From assembly GCF_963921235.1 (NCBI RefSeq), contig NC_086108.1:85066001-85130000 (forward strand): DNA of 64,000 nt. Direction: 5' to 3'. Each line of letters begins with the position of its first letter. The stretch's first letter is position 1. Positions 36,991 through 50,009 of the stretch are shown piece after piece. This stretch comes from Mobula hypostoma. Lineage: Eukaryota. A program made the translations under genes and the position numbers. The notes beneath the pieces are model-generated. The model saw nothing but the letters and a program-made list of their open reading frames with translations, was not told the DNA's origin and did not search any database.

Positions 36991-37879
36991 TATCTAAGAG
37001 GAGGCATTTTTGGAGAAAATTGGACTGTGCAGCTGAAATAGCTTTCCGATCTGCCACTGAGAAAACAGCAGATGGAATGAAGGAATTGAGGAAGCGGCAA
37101 AGTTGGAACGGCAAGGGACTTGTGCGGGAAGATAAGGCCAAGAATGCTTCTAGAGGTAAGGATTGATGAAGCATGGAAACATTTGACAATGAGAATAATT
37201 ATTTTGAAATTGTTGCATTGAAGATTAAATAGCTAGTAAATGTAAGCGAGTGCAGGAAATATTGAAAGTTAAACATTGTCTGTTTTGGTGCAGTTGTGAG
37301 ATCTTGGGAGAAAATTTGCCAGTTGATTTGGAAGAGTGGGAGACAAAGCTAAGATACGATGTCGAAAACAAATAAATGGTATCAAAAATGTGGAAACTGC
37401 GATAAACTGAAAGGGAACAGGCCTGTACCACTTCAAGATCAAGATTGTTTATTGCCATATTCAAGAGTAAAGGAGAACAAAGTAATTGTTACTCCAGATT
37501 TGATGCAGCATGAAAAACACCATAAGAATAAAGAACACAAAAGACACAATAATTATAAATATAAAAGCAATCCTATAAGGCTTGGTTGACTGAAATCCCT
37601 GACTGGAAGCTTTGAAGCACTGTCTAAAAAACTTAGATCTGATAATGGGGGAATCTGGCATCAGAATGAGAGTGACACTGTCAAGGTCAGCAGAATTCAA
37701 TTCTCACACAAGATGCTGATGGAATTATCTGATAGGTACTGATATCAAAGGTCAAGATTCCAATTTGCAAATAGCAAAATTCGAATTTTGCAAATATTTT
37801 CAAATGCACAGCAGGATTTAACTGTAGTGGATAATCCAGGTAGATGTCCAGAAAATATCTATTGTATATTTACATTTTA

Positions 37880-38900
37880 ATAACTAAAATATATTATAAA
37901 ATGCACAAGATCATGGTATCCTCTTTCAAGGTGCATCAGCATGGAAATAAAAGGTCTTGATGTTGTAAATAGTAGAAAGGCTTTGGGGAGTCAGAAGAAA
38001 AGTGCTCCCTGCAAGGTACCCAGCCTCTGACTTTCTGTAGATGCTACAGTATTTTTGTGGCAAGTTTGCAATTTTGGTCAATGTTGATCCCCTGGATATT
38101 GATGACATATGTTAAGGATAGCTGCTTTGATCTCCAACAGGAGAGAATTGTGTGGCACTTTTGTAACCCAAATGTTACTTGCCACTTAACACCCCATGAC
38201 TCAATATTGTTTGAGTTTTGCTGCATGCAGGAGTGGATTGCTTCATTGATTGAGAAATTGGGAATAGAATCAAACTTGTTCAATAAGTGAATCTCCACCT
38301 CTGACCTTAAGAGGCCAAAAGCTCAGCAATGCCACTACTGACGATGGTTGCCACCAAGGACATAGGCCAGAGAAATTTCTGCCACTGAAATGCATGATTC
38401 CCAGCAACCACCAGCTTCCTCCTTTGTGTGAAATATGGCTCTAACCAATTTATTGCCTTTTACTAGAGCTCCTTGATGCTACAGTTAGTCAAATATGACC
38501 TCGATATTAAGGATGACCAGCCTCAGTTCAGCTCTAGAAGGCGATTCTTTGATCTATATTTGGATGAAAACTATGCCGTGGCTCAAATCTCCGAATAAGG
38601 AGTATCTCCAAACAGAGCACTGGCGAGCAGGTGCACTGTTGATGACATCTTCTGTCACAACATTGATGATTGAGAGCAGACCAACTGAATAGTAATTAAC
38701 TAGACTACAATTTGTTTTCCTTTGGCTGAACAAGTTAGACCTGGGCAATTTTCCATTTTGTAGGAAGTGCAGGTAGTTGCCAAAACATCTCCAGTCAGGA
38801 TATTGTCTGCCCCATAGTTATTTACTTTGCATTCTGATAACCGAGGAAAGTGCCTGTACCATCTGTAGACTAACTATGGTTGGAAAGCGATTCAACCAAG
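37880..38900 (-). mobile_element. Old CR1/L2-group LINE remnant
   Basis: Minus-strand peptide IESWGVKWQVTFGLQKC (ORF 38044-38298). GATATTAAGG/TCAAATATG region resembles a decayed LDIKxAFD. Confidence 0.6.
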
Positions 38901-39177
38901 ACAGAAAGATGGGAATACCAATGGAACAGAAGAGAAAGTGGAGAAGGCGGAATGGGTGTATGGGATTGGAAAATGGATTAGCAGAAATAAACAAAATCCT
39001 GCTGGAAGAATTAGTTGGTTGGCAGTGATTGGAATAGAAGTATCTCCAACAGTTAAGTACAGACTACGCTTGTAAGGAACTGTTTGTAAAAAAAACAATG
39101 GATTGGAGTTTGGGCAATTCAGGTTGGTAAAGGGTCTCATCATGAAGGTTGGACAATTACTTCCATGAAGTCAGACC

Positions 39178-39665
39178 ACAGACCATAAGATATAAGAGCA
39201 GAATCAGGCCAGTCTGCTCCACCATTTTATCATGGCTGATTTATTATCTCTCTCAACCCCATTATTCGAGCTTCTTCCAGTAACCTTTGATGCCCTGACT
39301 AATCAAAAACCTATCAAACTCCGCTTTAAATATATCCAATGACTTGACCTCCACTGCTGTCTTTGGCAATGAATTCCACAGATTCACCACCCTCTGGCTA
39401 AAGAAATTCCTCTGTTCTAAAGGGACGTCTTTCTATTGTGAGGCTGTACCCTTTGGTCCTAGACTCCCCTGCTAAATGAAACATCCTCCGCACACCCACT
39501 CTATTTAGGCTTTTCAATATTTGATAGATTTCAATAAGACCCCCTCTCATTCTTCTAAACTCCAGCAAGTACACACCCTGGATCTTTTCCGTGAACACTA
39601 CCTGGACCCTCTCCAATGCCAGCACATCATTTCTCAGATAAGATGCCCAAAACTGCTTACAATAC
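39178..39665 (-). mobile_element. CR1 3' fragment
   Basis: ORF 39398-39625 LALERVQ...LEFRRMRGGLIEIYQILK. Tail GACCATAAGATATAAGAGCAGAA. Confidence 0.9.
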
Positions 39666-40110
39666 TAAGTTGGGAAGTTGCTACTGCAATGAGGAGAAGG
39701 AGAAATATCAAGGAGAAGTCATGAGGGAACTAACTAAATTAGTGGTGTTAGAAAAGTACATCAGTTGGATATACATAGAATAAAAATATTTTTAAATTGA
39801 CAAAGGATTCTTCAATGGATTTTGAAATGGAATATTATTACCTACTGATAATTTTAATATATAATTGATGTTCTCTTTATGCAACATTTAGCAAAAAACA
39901 TTAAAATGTAAAATATGTAGAAATTTAAAAGCAGTCATTCTTTTTTGAACTTAGATCTGAGGCTTATTAGTATTCTAAACATGGATTTACAAAAAAAGGT
40001 TAGTCACTGAATTTTTTCAACAAATCTTAACCTGACTAAAGTTATTATTAATGATTGCACGTAGCTTTTGGAGCTGCAAAATGAAAATTAAATTATGTAT
40101 TTTACTCCAG

Positions 40111-40337
40111 ATCAGATGTGAAGTTAATGAGCTTAATAAATGGGAAGATCTCAAGCTATCACCAGAGCAATGATAAATGTGAATGCTATGTTTTGAAAGA
40201 GAGCACCTCTGTAATGGACATTGCAAGCGTATCTCTGAAGAGGAAAGAGAATGTGATGCCTGGAATTACAACAGTGAAAAGTACAGTGTAACTTTATCTG
40301 AGGCAGCAGATTATTACTTCATATAATAGCAATCTGG
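40111..40337 (+). other. Candidate plus-strand exon (227 nt), no frame open end to end
   Basis: TATGTATTTTACTCCAG| ... TGG|GTAAGT in unique sequence. All three frames contain a stop before the donor. Confidence 0.3.
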
Positions 40338-41239
40338 GTAAGTGAAAGGCTGTGTGTATAACGGAGCTCAAACCTTTGAAAGAAGCAATGAATGAAATGT
40401 GCTTCCAAGTCCATGAAAACCTGCAAGGACATTCCTTTTGAAAAGCAGGTCATTGCTGGCCTTCCAGGCATCTATGGAAGTCATCTGAGAGGTCAAATAT
40501 TTTTTGATCATTTGTCTGACTGTTCTTTTACGCAAAACTTAGAATCACAGATTGATAGAGATAATACCGATATGCAATGGTAATGATCCATCAGAGAAAT
40601 ATGATTTTCTTGTAAGAACCATCTCCATGCTGGTTTTCAATAAGCCTAATTGCTTATATTGATGTCAAAAACTAAGGCGAATTGTTCCAAAGGTAACTGC
40701 CAAGCATGAAAATGCATATATCTGTGGCAAATTTAGATATTCTGATATTCAGTTACAACAGATACTGTATTTTTCATTACAGTTTCCACAACACATTTAT
40801 TCATGCCACCCAACATTGCCCCTTTCAAATCAAGATTTATGAAGAGACTCAGAACAACATAGATCACTTGCCTTATCTTAAGAGCAACCTCTAAGAGAGG
40901 GTAGATATTGTGATAAAGTGTGTCCCTGCTGCTAATGCCCCAGAGAAGTCTTCAACAACCAACAAAAAAAGGAGTGTTTGAAAATCACATCTTCAAATCC
41001 AGCACAAGCTTATGGTCTGTTGAGCAGGCGTGATCTCTATCCCTCTTGCGTGCTACAATGATATGAACAATCTATAACTGAGACACTTCAAAGTACTGAA
41101 AAAAGACCACCAACACTGAATCTACACAATTCTTCAAACTGTTAGGATAGGCAAGCCAGTGTTAGTGTCCTCAGCCAGGCTAGCATTCACAGTGTTGAAG
41201 CTCTTTCATGCTCAACCAACGTTGATGGCTGTCCACTCA

Positions 41240-42600
41240 TCCAAATGTTTAAAAGTACTGGAAATACTCAACAGGTCAGGCCGCTTCTGTGGGGGAGAAA
41301 TAAAGTTAATGTTTGAGGTTGAAGATACTTCTTTACAACTCAGAAGGAGGCAGAAGAAGCCTGTAAAGCTACAAGCAGACTCGGAGAAGAAGGGATATAT
41401 CTGATAAGGTAAAACTAGGGTGACCATGGGATAAGCGGTAAACAAGGTGACAAAGGAGGAAGAGGAGAAGATGGCGGCGGGATGCAGCGCGCACGGCCTC
41501 TCCAGTGAATGATATCTGTAATCTGTCAAGTAGGGGACCGTGCACAATTCTGATTTGATGGAGACGGACGTGAGAGTATGGAGGAACATGTGGAGAAACT
41601 TCTGAAATGCCTGCTTCGCTGCCGCTGTTACTGTGTGGTCCGGAATCTCCGGAGGAGAAGGCCCCGAATCCTCGGCTTTGCTTGTTTCGGCGGGCGGGTA
41701 AGGTTGAAGGCGCTCGGCAGAGGATGGCTCTCAGGAGGCTGTATCGGAGGGGTTGGTTGGAGGTTCGAAGTTTTCGGACGGACGGACTCAGTGTTGGCTG
41801 TGGTTGGGTGCTTCCAATGCATCGGCAGTTGTCGGTGCCTGGAGGTTTATGGCAGGGAGTTTCTCCCTTTGCTGCCTGCTAACGGGGACTTGGGAGTCGA
41901 TTGACTTGGGGACTTTGAGACTTTTTTTTATCGTGCCCATGGTCTGTTCTTTATCAAATTATGGTATTGTTTTGCACTGCTGTAACTATATGTTATAATT
42001 ATATGGTTCTGTCAGTGTTAGTCTTTGGTTTGTCCTATTTTTCTGTGATATCACTCTGGAGGAACATTGTATCATTTTGAATGCATGCATGCATTTCTAA
42101 ATGACAATAAACGAGGACCGAGTGTTCTTATAATCTAATCTAATCTGATCAATGAGTGAATGGGATCAATTATACAATGAGAATATATTCAAAAGAACAA
42201 AAGCAAAAGAATGTGGAGCAAGTAGGCATGCCCCCTGCTGCCATGACAGGCCAAATCAGGTGGGCATGTCCTCCATTTCCAGAGAAATAAAAACAACAAA
42301 AAAAAATGCTAGGCCAGTATCACGGTAGGATATTGAATACCCAACAGAAAACAAGTAACCTGAAGCTGTAGAATTCAATATTGCAGTCTAAAGACTGAAA
42401 CATACCCAGATGGAAAGTGACTTGTTTTGTTTGAGTTGAATATCATTGTGACCTCCTCAGTAAATTCAATAGGTCAGAGCAGGAGTGGAAAGGAGAATTA
42501 AAGTGGCAGGAAATAGGAAGCTCAGGGTCAACCCTGAGGATTCGATGCAGGTGTTCTGCAAAGCCATCACCCAAATCCAAATGTCTGACACCAGCCTCTT
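41240..42600 (-). mobile_element. Degenerate Penelope-like element (GIY-YIG endonuclease remnant plus terminal repeat), split by a younger insertion
   Basis: ORF 42443-42628 LGDGFAEHLHRI...DPELPISCHFNSPFHSCSDL matches the PLE endonuclease pattern RLxDRFxEH...PVAxHFN. Terminal repeat at about 41255-41340. Confidence 0.75.
41452..42146 (+). mobile_element. Non-coding CpG-rich retroposon, copy 2
   Basis: Same 5' start and (TAATC)3 tail as 33615-34271; the middle segment is more divergent. Confidence 0.9.
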
Positions 42601-42979
42601 GAAACAATCTCTCAGAGCTTCTCAGCAATTTACAGAAATCTCTGACCTAAGACTACTGTATAAAATAAAGAAAAATCTGGAAATACATTGAGCACAGAAG
42701 TGATGTGAAAGCTAACTGGAAGTAGTACACAGCAATCTAAACAATATACTCATTCATGCCATTAAGCTGTATCTCTGGAAGAACCTATGCATGCCAAATA
42801 GGTCTCATTAGTCACCTCGGAATCCACAGAACTGTAATGGAAGCAAGTCATTTCTGACCTCAAGGGAAGATGAATTACAATGGTTATAGTTACAAAAGGT
42901 ATCCTTCATTACAGTTGCTATTGACTGCTGTCAGAAGAAAACAACCTGCAGCTTGCATAGGGCTAGCTACCCTTGCCTA

Positions 42980-43295
42980 ACCCACCTGACTCCATCTATC
43001 ACTTTGCTTTTCATTTTCCTTTTCTGCTTCCACCTACGCCTACTTGCCTCTAACTCCCAACTCCTCCATTTTCCCTCTCCCACCTAAGTCTTCCTGCCCA
43101 TCATCTTTCACACCTCCGTACTCAACCTATCACTTATTGGCCCCTGTCACATCCATCTCCCTCTCCTCTTTATACTATGTTCCCCCTCCACTCTGAGTCG
43201 CTTCGTACATAGATGCTGCTCAACCCACTGCCTTCCTCTAATGGGTTGTTTTTCCCTTCCCCAGATTCCAGCATCTGCAGTCTCTTGTGCCCCAG
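42980..43295 (+). mobile_element. Degenerate Penelope-type 3' region
   Basis: Pyrimidine-rich tract, then ATAGATGCTGCTCAACCCACTG...CCAGATTCCAGCATCTGCAGTCTCTTGTG. Confidence 0.6.
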
Positions 43296-43779
43296 TTACT
43301 TCACGTAAGCTCTGTTGATATAGCCAACTCATAGCTGTTGATAGTGATACTACATGTATGTTGAAACCAAATACTTTGCATTTTTAACTTTGAATCTCAT
43401 GACCTTCGTTGTAACAATGGGAGCATTCATTACAAACTGTCATTTAAAAAAAATCGTGTTCACCTAGTATTAGTTTTGTCTACGTGTGATTCCGGAATGC
43501 AAGTAATATGGACTGACTCTTAAATGACTTCTGGAATAGCCTAACTGTTCATCTTGATGCAGGGTGCTTTCACTGAAGTCTAGATTCCTTATTCAAAAAG
43601 ACTATATTGCAGTCACGTCTGTCATTATTAACATGAAGAAGTGAACTCGTTACACGTAAGTTGCTAAGATGTGGTCAAAGAGGTATTAAGAGAACCAGTT
43701 TGGGAATTTTCCTCCACTTGGTTATTGACTACAGGAGGAAGAAATTGGATGTCTGCAAAGAGAATCTAGCATCAATGAC

Positions 43780-44785
43780 CCCCCCCCCCCCACCATCCAG
43801 GCCATATTCTTTTCTGGCTGTTACTATTGGGACAGACGTACAGAATCTGTAGCTCCCATGCCACCAGGTTTAGCAACAGTCAGGCTCCTGAACCAACATG
43901 GACAACTTCACCCACCACAATACTGAACTGATCACTGAACACAACCCATGGATTCACTTTCAAAGACTCTGCAACTCATATTGTCAGTACTATCTATCTA
44001 ACTATTTATTTATTTTGTATTTCCACAGTATGCCTTCTTTTGCATTTTGGTTGTCAATCTTTGTGTGTAGTTTTTCATTGATTCTATTGTATAGCTTTGT
44101 TCTACTGTGAATGCCTGCAAGAAAATGAGTCTCAGGGTAGTATTTGGTGACATATACTGCTAATAAATTCACTTTGAACTTCGAATTTTGAAACTCCACG
44201 CTTTCCTTTGCAACTGAATGCTTGCCTTCCTGACCGGCAGATCACGATGAGTAAGGTCGGTCATCAAAATCTTTGCTGCATTTATCCCTATCACAGATGT
44301 CCCACAAGGCTGCACCCTCAGCATCCTCATGACCAAGTGGCCAGATTCTGCTCTAATTCTATCTTCAAGTTTGCAAATGGCATCTCCATAATGTGCCGAA
44401 TCTCAAATAATGATCAGGAGGAAGGAGCTAGAGAGCCGAATCGCACGATGTCATGACAACAGTTTTTAGAGATACAACCATGGAAAACATTCTATCCAGA
44501 TGCATCACAGCTTAGTTGGAAACTGCTCTCCCAAAGACTGCAAGAAACCATAGAGAGTTGTGGACACAACTCAGCGCATCACAGAAACGGAAACCTCCAT
44601 GGACTCTGTCTACACTTGTGGCTGCCTCGGTAAAGCAGCCAACATAAATATGTTTATCGACTGCAGACGTTCTCTCTATTTCTCCTTCTCAATGGCATAA
44701 ATGAGATGAAATGATCTGTGTGGATGCCTGCAAAACAAAGTTTTTCGCTGTATCTCGGTACATGTGACAACAATAAACCAATTTC
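43780..44785 (+). mobile_element. Two adjacent degenerate Rex1/Babar-type fragments
   Basis: HHPGH...GRRY-like segment with (TTGAACT)n tail ending at about 44195, then an RT segment (ATCTTCAAGTTTGCAAATG ~IFKFADD) and tail to about 44785. Confidence 0.65.
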
Positions 44786-44787
44786 CC

Positions 44788-45506
44788 TGAAAGTGGAGTT
44801 ACAAGTGGATAGGGCGGTGAAGAAGTGGTGAAGATGAAGTTAGGGTATCGAGTTTGAAAGTTGGGAGGTCATGGTCTTGGTGCAATTATACAAGACTCTG
44901 GTGAGGCTTCATTTGGAGTACTTTGGTCAGTTTGGGTCACACTGCTATAAGGAAGACATTATTAAAACTGGAAAGCTTACAAATATGTTGGCAGGACATG
45001 AGAAAATAAGTTATAGCGAGAGGCTGGGCAGGCTGGCATTTCTTTCCTTGGAGCATAGAAGAGTGAAGGGATCTTACAGAGATGATTATACTAATGAGGG
45101 GCATAGACAGGTTGAACATGCTCAGCCTTTTGCCCAAAGTTAGGGAATGAAGAACTAGAGGGTATAGATTTAAGGAGAAAATAGAAAAATTTAATAGCAA
45201 CTTAAGAGACTTTTTTTTTACACAAGAGTGGTATCGGCTGACAGAGGAAGTGGTTGAGGCAAGTATAATAACAATTTTTAAAAGGCAGCTGGGTAGGTAC
45301 ATGGATAGGAAAGGTTTAGAAGGTTATGGATCAAATGTTGGAAGGATAGACTTGCTTGAATGATCATCTTGAATAACATGGACCAGTTGGGCTGAAGGAC
45401 CTGCTTCTGTCGTGTATGGGACTAGGTGAGAGTAAGAGTTCGGCACGGACTAGAAGGGCCAAGATGGCCCGTTTCCGTGCTGTAATTGTTATATGGTTAT
45501 ATGGTT
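44788..45506 (+). mobile_element. CR1 3' fragment followed directly by a second CR1-type tail, (GTTATATG)n
   Basis: ORF 44871 QLYKTLVRLHLEY. Second 3' end at about 45420-45506 matches 56205-56272. Confidence 0.85.
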
Positions 45507-46157
45507 GAACCTGATACCAATATAGTTCTAGTCATTGTCAACACAAAGAAAGATAAATTTAACTCTTGGAGATAATTATCTCAGCTCCAGGATATACAGC
45601 AGCTGTCCTTCAGGGCGGTGTTCTACGCCAAACTGCTACATCAGTGACACACCTTCCATTATACCATTGGAAGGGGAAGTGTTTTCTAATTATTATACTG
45701 TGGTTAGTTCAGACAGAACTCTAGGATAATGTAGAGAAGCAAGCCCTCTGTGGATAACAGTGTGGATTTTGGCATGGATGCAATTTGCTTTGAAAGTTAC
45801 CATTACAACTGAACTGTTCTATAAGACTTTTTTCTCAGTGGTTAAATGTCACACACATGACTGTAACACTTTTCTGTAATCTCATTAAATCTAGTGTTTT
45901 CCAAACTCCTTTTCTGATCAACAATTGATTGGTCACAGCTGTTTTATACCGCAGGATCCATGAAGTATTTTTCATGATATTTATTCATGCATGAACAGAG
46001 CCCTTTTAGCCTATAGAGTCTATGCTAGCTCTCAGAGTAATCCCATGTTCCTCCAGTTATTTCTCTGTAAGCAATTCTCTATCAGATACCAATTAATTTC
46101 TGTCTGATTCACCTACCACCCACCCATAGCAGGGGCAATTTATGGTAGCCAATTAGA

Positions 46158-46880
46158 TTACATTAGATTCAACTTTATTGTCATTGTGCTGAGTACAGAT
46201 ACAAAGCCAACAAAATGCAGTTAGCATCTGACTAGAAATACAAAGAATCATGTTATTCACAAAATAACTGTGAATAAAAAGTAAGTGCTACAGCACACAA
46301 ATATAAAAGTACTGAGTCAGTACAATATAGGTGCAATACTGCTTAGCGCTGTGACGTAAGGTTCAGCAGGGTCACAGCCTCAGGGAAGAAGCTCTTCCTG
46401 TGCCTGCTGGTGCAGAGGCGGAGGCTCCTGTAGCGCCTACCGGATGGGAGGAGAGTAAAAAGTCCATGGTTAGGGTGAGATGCATCCTTGATAATGCTTT
46501 TCGCCCTGCCCAGGCAGTGTTTATGGTAGATGTTCTCAATGGTGGGCAATTGGGTGCCGATAATCCACTGGGCAGTTTTCAGCTTTGTGGTCTGATAGGG
46601 GACAATTGCCATACCACACTGAGATGCTGTTGGTGAGTATGCTCTCAATGGTACAGTGGTAAAAGTCCGTCAGTCTCCTGGGACAGAGGTGAGCTTTCTT
46701 GATACTCCACAGGAAATAAAGGCGCTGTTGTGCCTTTTTGATCAGGATGGAGGAGCTTAGGGACCAGGTGAGATCCTCGGACATGTGGACATCAAGGAAT
46801 TTGAAGCTTGATACACGCTCCACTCCAGCTTCGTTGATGTAGAAATGGGACACGAGTGTGGCTCCTAGCATGCCTGAAAT
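46158..46880 (-). mobile_element. Rex1/Babar-type 3' fragment inserted in a minus-strand V-SINE (about 46000-47000)
   Basis: ORFs 46536-46898 and 46343-46648: VERVSSFKFL...KKAQQRLYFL...CTIESILT...DASHPNHGLFTLLPSGRRYRS. SINE halves on both sides (CAATTTATGGTAGCCAATT / GTGGGAGAAAACTAGA...GCAAACTCCGCACAG). Confidence 0.88.
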
Positions 46881-47159
46881 CCATCTTCCAATCAACAAAC
46901 GTGGGAGAAAACTAGAAGATTGAGGGTATAACTCACACAGTCACAGGGAGAATTTGCAAACTCCGCACAGGAAGATCAGGATTGAACTCTGATCACTGGA
47001 GCTGTGATAAAATTAGCTTTTTAAAATCACACTTACATCAAAACATACTGTGCGATACATTTTTTGTGTTAAATCAAATCAGTGATGATTGTGCTGGGGG
47101 CAGCCCACACGTGTTGTCACATTTCCAGTGCAATATAGCATGCCCACAACTGACTAAAC

Positions 47160-47300
47160 CTAGTCTTTGGAATGTGGGAGGAAACGCAGAGGGTCACCAG
47201 GAGAACATACAAACTCCTTACAGACAGGAGCAGGAGTTGAACATTGATCAGAGACCGCTGGCTCTGTAAAGTGATTGCGCTAACCGCTATTCTACCTGCT
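47160..47300 (-). mobile_element. V-SINE-type element
   Basis: TCTTTGGAATGTGGGAGGAAAC...GAGAACATACAAACTCCTTACAGAC...GCGCTAACCGCTA is the reverse complement of a tRNA head plus V domain. Confidence 0.7.
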
Positions 47301-48111
47301 ACCTGCTGTACTACTTGCTGTGTGACTACATTGGTAACACACATTAAGTCTCTGGAAACTTAATTTAGGCACAAGGTAAGTAGTGACTGAGACAGGATGA
47401 TTTGACATAAGAAGGGAAAGCGAGAGGGACAGAGAGAGCAACCTGTAATATAGTGTTAATGCTCTTACATCTCCATTACAACAGTGAGTGGGACAGATGA
47501 TGACGATGTGTCAGTCAAGACTAATATGTTGCCATCCTTGTGTCAACACTGTCTTTGCTAGGAAAGGAGTCCGTTGATAATGCTACTCTGTAGTAGGCAG
47601 CAGTAAATGCCTTTATACGTCCATTTGAGAATGTGAAGAGAACCATAAATATTGGAAATGGGATTATCCAAGGAGGATTCAGATCTGGGATGGTGGCTTA
47701 AGGTACTGTAGAGCAGCTTAATGGTGATAAATAAAAGGTAGCATCACAAAATGAGAGAGTATGGCTTTTGATTGTGGTGAGGATATGAGAGAGTGTTCCA
47801 GGAAGAGACAAGGGGAAAAAAATGGAGAAACAGTTCACGTGTTGGGTCCACTGTGGCAATGAAAATGCCTGTGAGAATCCACATATGGCAGACATTTGGG
47901 GGAACTTAATACATCCACAGAACAATATTGAGTTTCATTCCAGATGCTGCTGATGCCATGCAGCATAGGTTCATTACTATCTTTCCCAACCTTTTTACTG
48001 CCACTGATGTGATTATACTACACCACAGAGGATTCTCAAAAATATTCTCCAATGGAATGACAGAAATACTGAAGTATCACTTTCAGTCCCTGCTGCAAAC
48101 TCCTGTACAAT

Positions 48112-48925
48112 TGTGAACGGAGGACTGGAGAAAGTGAGCAGTTTCAAGTTCCTGGGTGTCAAGATCTCTGAGGATCAGACCTGGTCCCAACATATCGATG
48201 TAGCTGTAACGAAGGCAATACAATGCCTATATTTCATTAAGAGTTTGAGGAGATTTTGTTTGCCACTTAAGGCACTCGAAAACTTCTACAGATGTACTGT
48301 GGAGAGCCTTCTGACAGGCTGTGTTACTGTCTGGGATCGGGGGGGGGGGTCAGGGTGATGCTACTGCACAGGATCCAATGAAGCTACAGATATTTGTAAA
48401 ATGAGGCAGCTCCATCTTGGGTACTAGCCTCTGTAGTATCCAAGACATCTTCACAGAGCTGTGCCCCTGAAAGGTGGTGTTGATTATTAAGGACCCCCGT
48501 CACCCAGGACATGCTCTCTTCTCATTGTTACCATTGGGAGAGAGATACAGAAGCCTCACAGAGCTGTGCCTCAGAAAGGTGACGTTGATTATTAAGGACA
48601 CCCATCATCCAGGACATGCCCTCTTTTTATTGTTACCATCGGGAAAGAGATACAGAATCCTGACAGCACACACTCAGTGGTTCAGGAAAAGCTTCTCCCC
48701 CTCTATCATATGACTCCCAAATGGAATTGAACCCATAAACACCACCTTACTTTTTTGATGTTATTTCTGTTTTGCACTATTTTAATTTAACTATTTAATA
48801 TACAGATAAATATTTAGAGTAATTGACTTATTTTTTTCTATATTATCATGTACTGCATTGCACTGCTGCCACTAAGTTAAATTTCCTGGCAAATGCCGGT
48901 GATACTATATCTAATTCTGATTTGA
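48112..48925 (+). mobile_element. Rex1/Babar-type 3' fragment with internal ~105-bp tandem duplication
   Basis: ORF 48113 EKVSSFKFLGVKISED...FYRCTVESLLTGCVTVW. ORF 48474 shows IIKD..HPGHALF.LLP.G.RYR twice. Confidence 0.9.
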
Positions 48926-50009
48926 GAAACCGAGGATACATATTTCAAGAGAGAACTGGAAACTATAGCGCAAGATCTGTACTATCGCATATGGATCCTT
49001 ACCCTAATTGAATTTGTTTCAATCATATTGGAATAGCTTGGGATGTAATTGTAAATACAATATTAAACTGCACCATTTGAATTCAGATTTTTACTTGCTC
49101 TTAAAATGCCATCAGTTTTGATCCTGTGGAGCTGCCATAGCACAAGCTTGAACTGTTTCTATGGTAACTAAAACATTCCTGAATAGTTTTCTGTTAAGAA
49201 CTGATTTCTTCAGATAATACAATTGAGAACAGAACTGTGAAGCTTTTGGTGGTGAGGATAAAGTGTTTCCCTTAAAATAACAAAAGAAAATGACAAAAAA
49301 AACAAAAACACTCCAAGCTAAGGAACTGAGGAAAAGCGTATTGAAGTCTTTCCTTTTACACATCACGCTTAATAGCTAGAAACCACACAGCATTAGATTC
49401 TGCACATTAAGCAATCATGTGCTAAACAATACCACTTGAGAAGTATTGGCAGTTTTCTGAAAGATAACAGGAACAACAACAGCCAGGGGATGTCCATGGA
49501 ATATCCCTGAAGTTCATTTGAGAATGTTCAAAACATATTTTGGTGAAATTATCATGAATTTATCTTCATTACACATCTCATTTTTATGATGAAACCATAA
49601 ATTGCCTTATGAAAAATGAATTTGCAAAAGAGATCCTACCTACTGTATGATAATGCATTTACTACATAGTTGCAAGAATCTAAAGATTAGGCATGAACCT
49701 TAAATTCTGCTAAATAAATTGCCAATTCCTTAATAACTTTTAAAATGTTTTTGTGAGACTGGGAGAAGGAGGAGTTATCCCTTATCTGTACAAAATTAAT
49801 CTGTTTCACCATGATTGAATAGAAGTGGGATTGGTCGAGTATTGGTCTATGTCTATCATTCCCAGGAGGAATGATGCTTGAGAGATTAAAAATCAAACTA
49901 ATATACTATTGGATTGATGTTGTACTCTTCTAAACTCGTTGTATTTTATCTTTGTGAACATCAAATTTGTGTCATCCAACTAATTGACTAATCTGATAGA
50001 GGTTTTTTT

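Noticed and set aside
33738..41998. Shared ORF MEEH(L/V)xKLLKCLxRCRCYCV in both copies of the retroposon
   Set aside because: The similarity follows from nucleotide homology, and the frames diverge after about 40 codons. Needs a dN/dS test on many copies before any coding claim.
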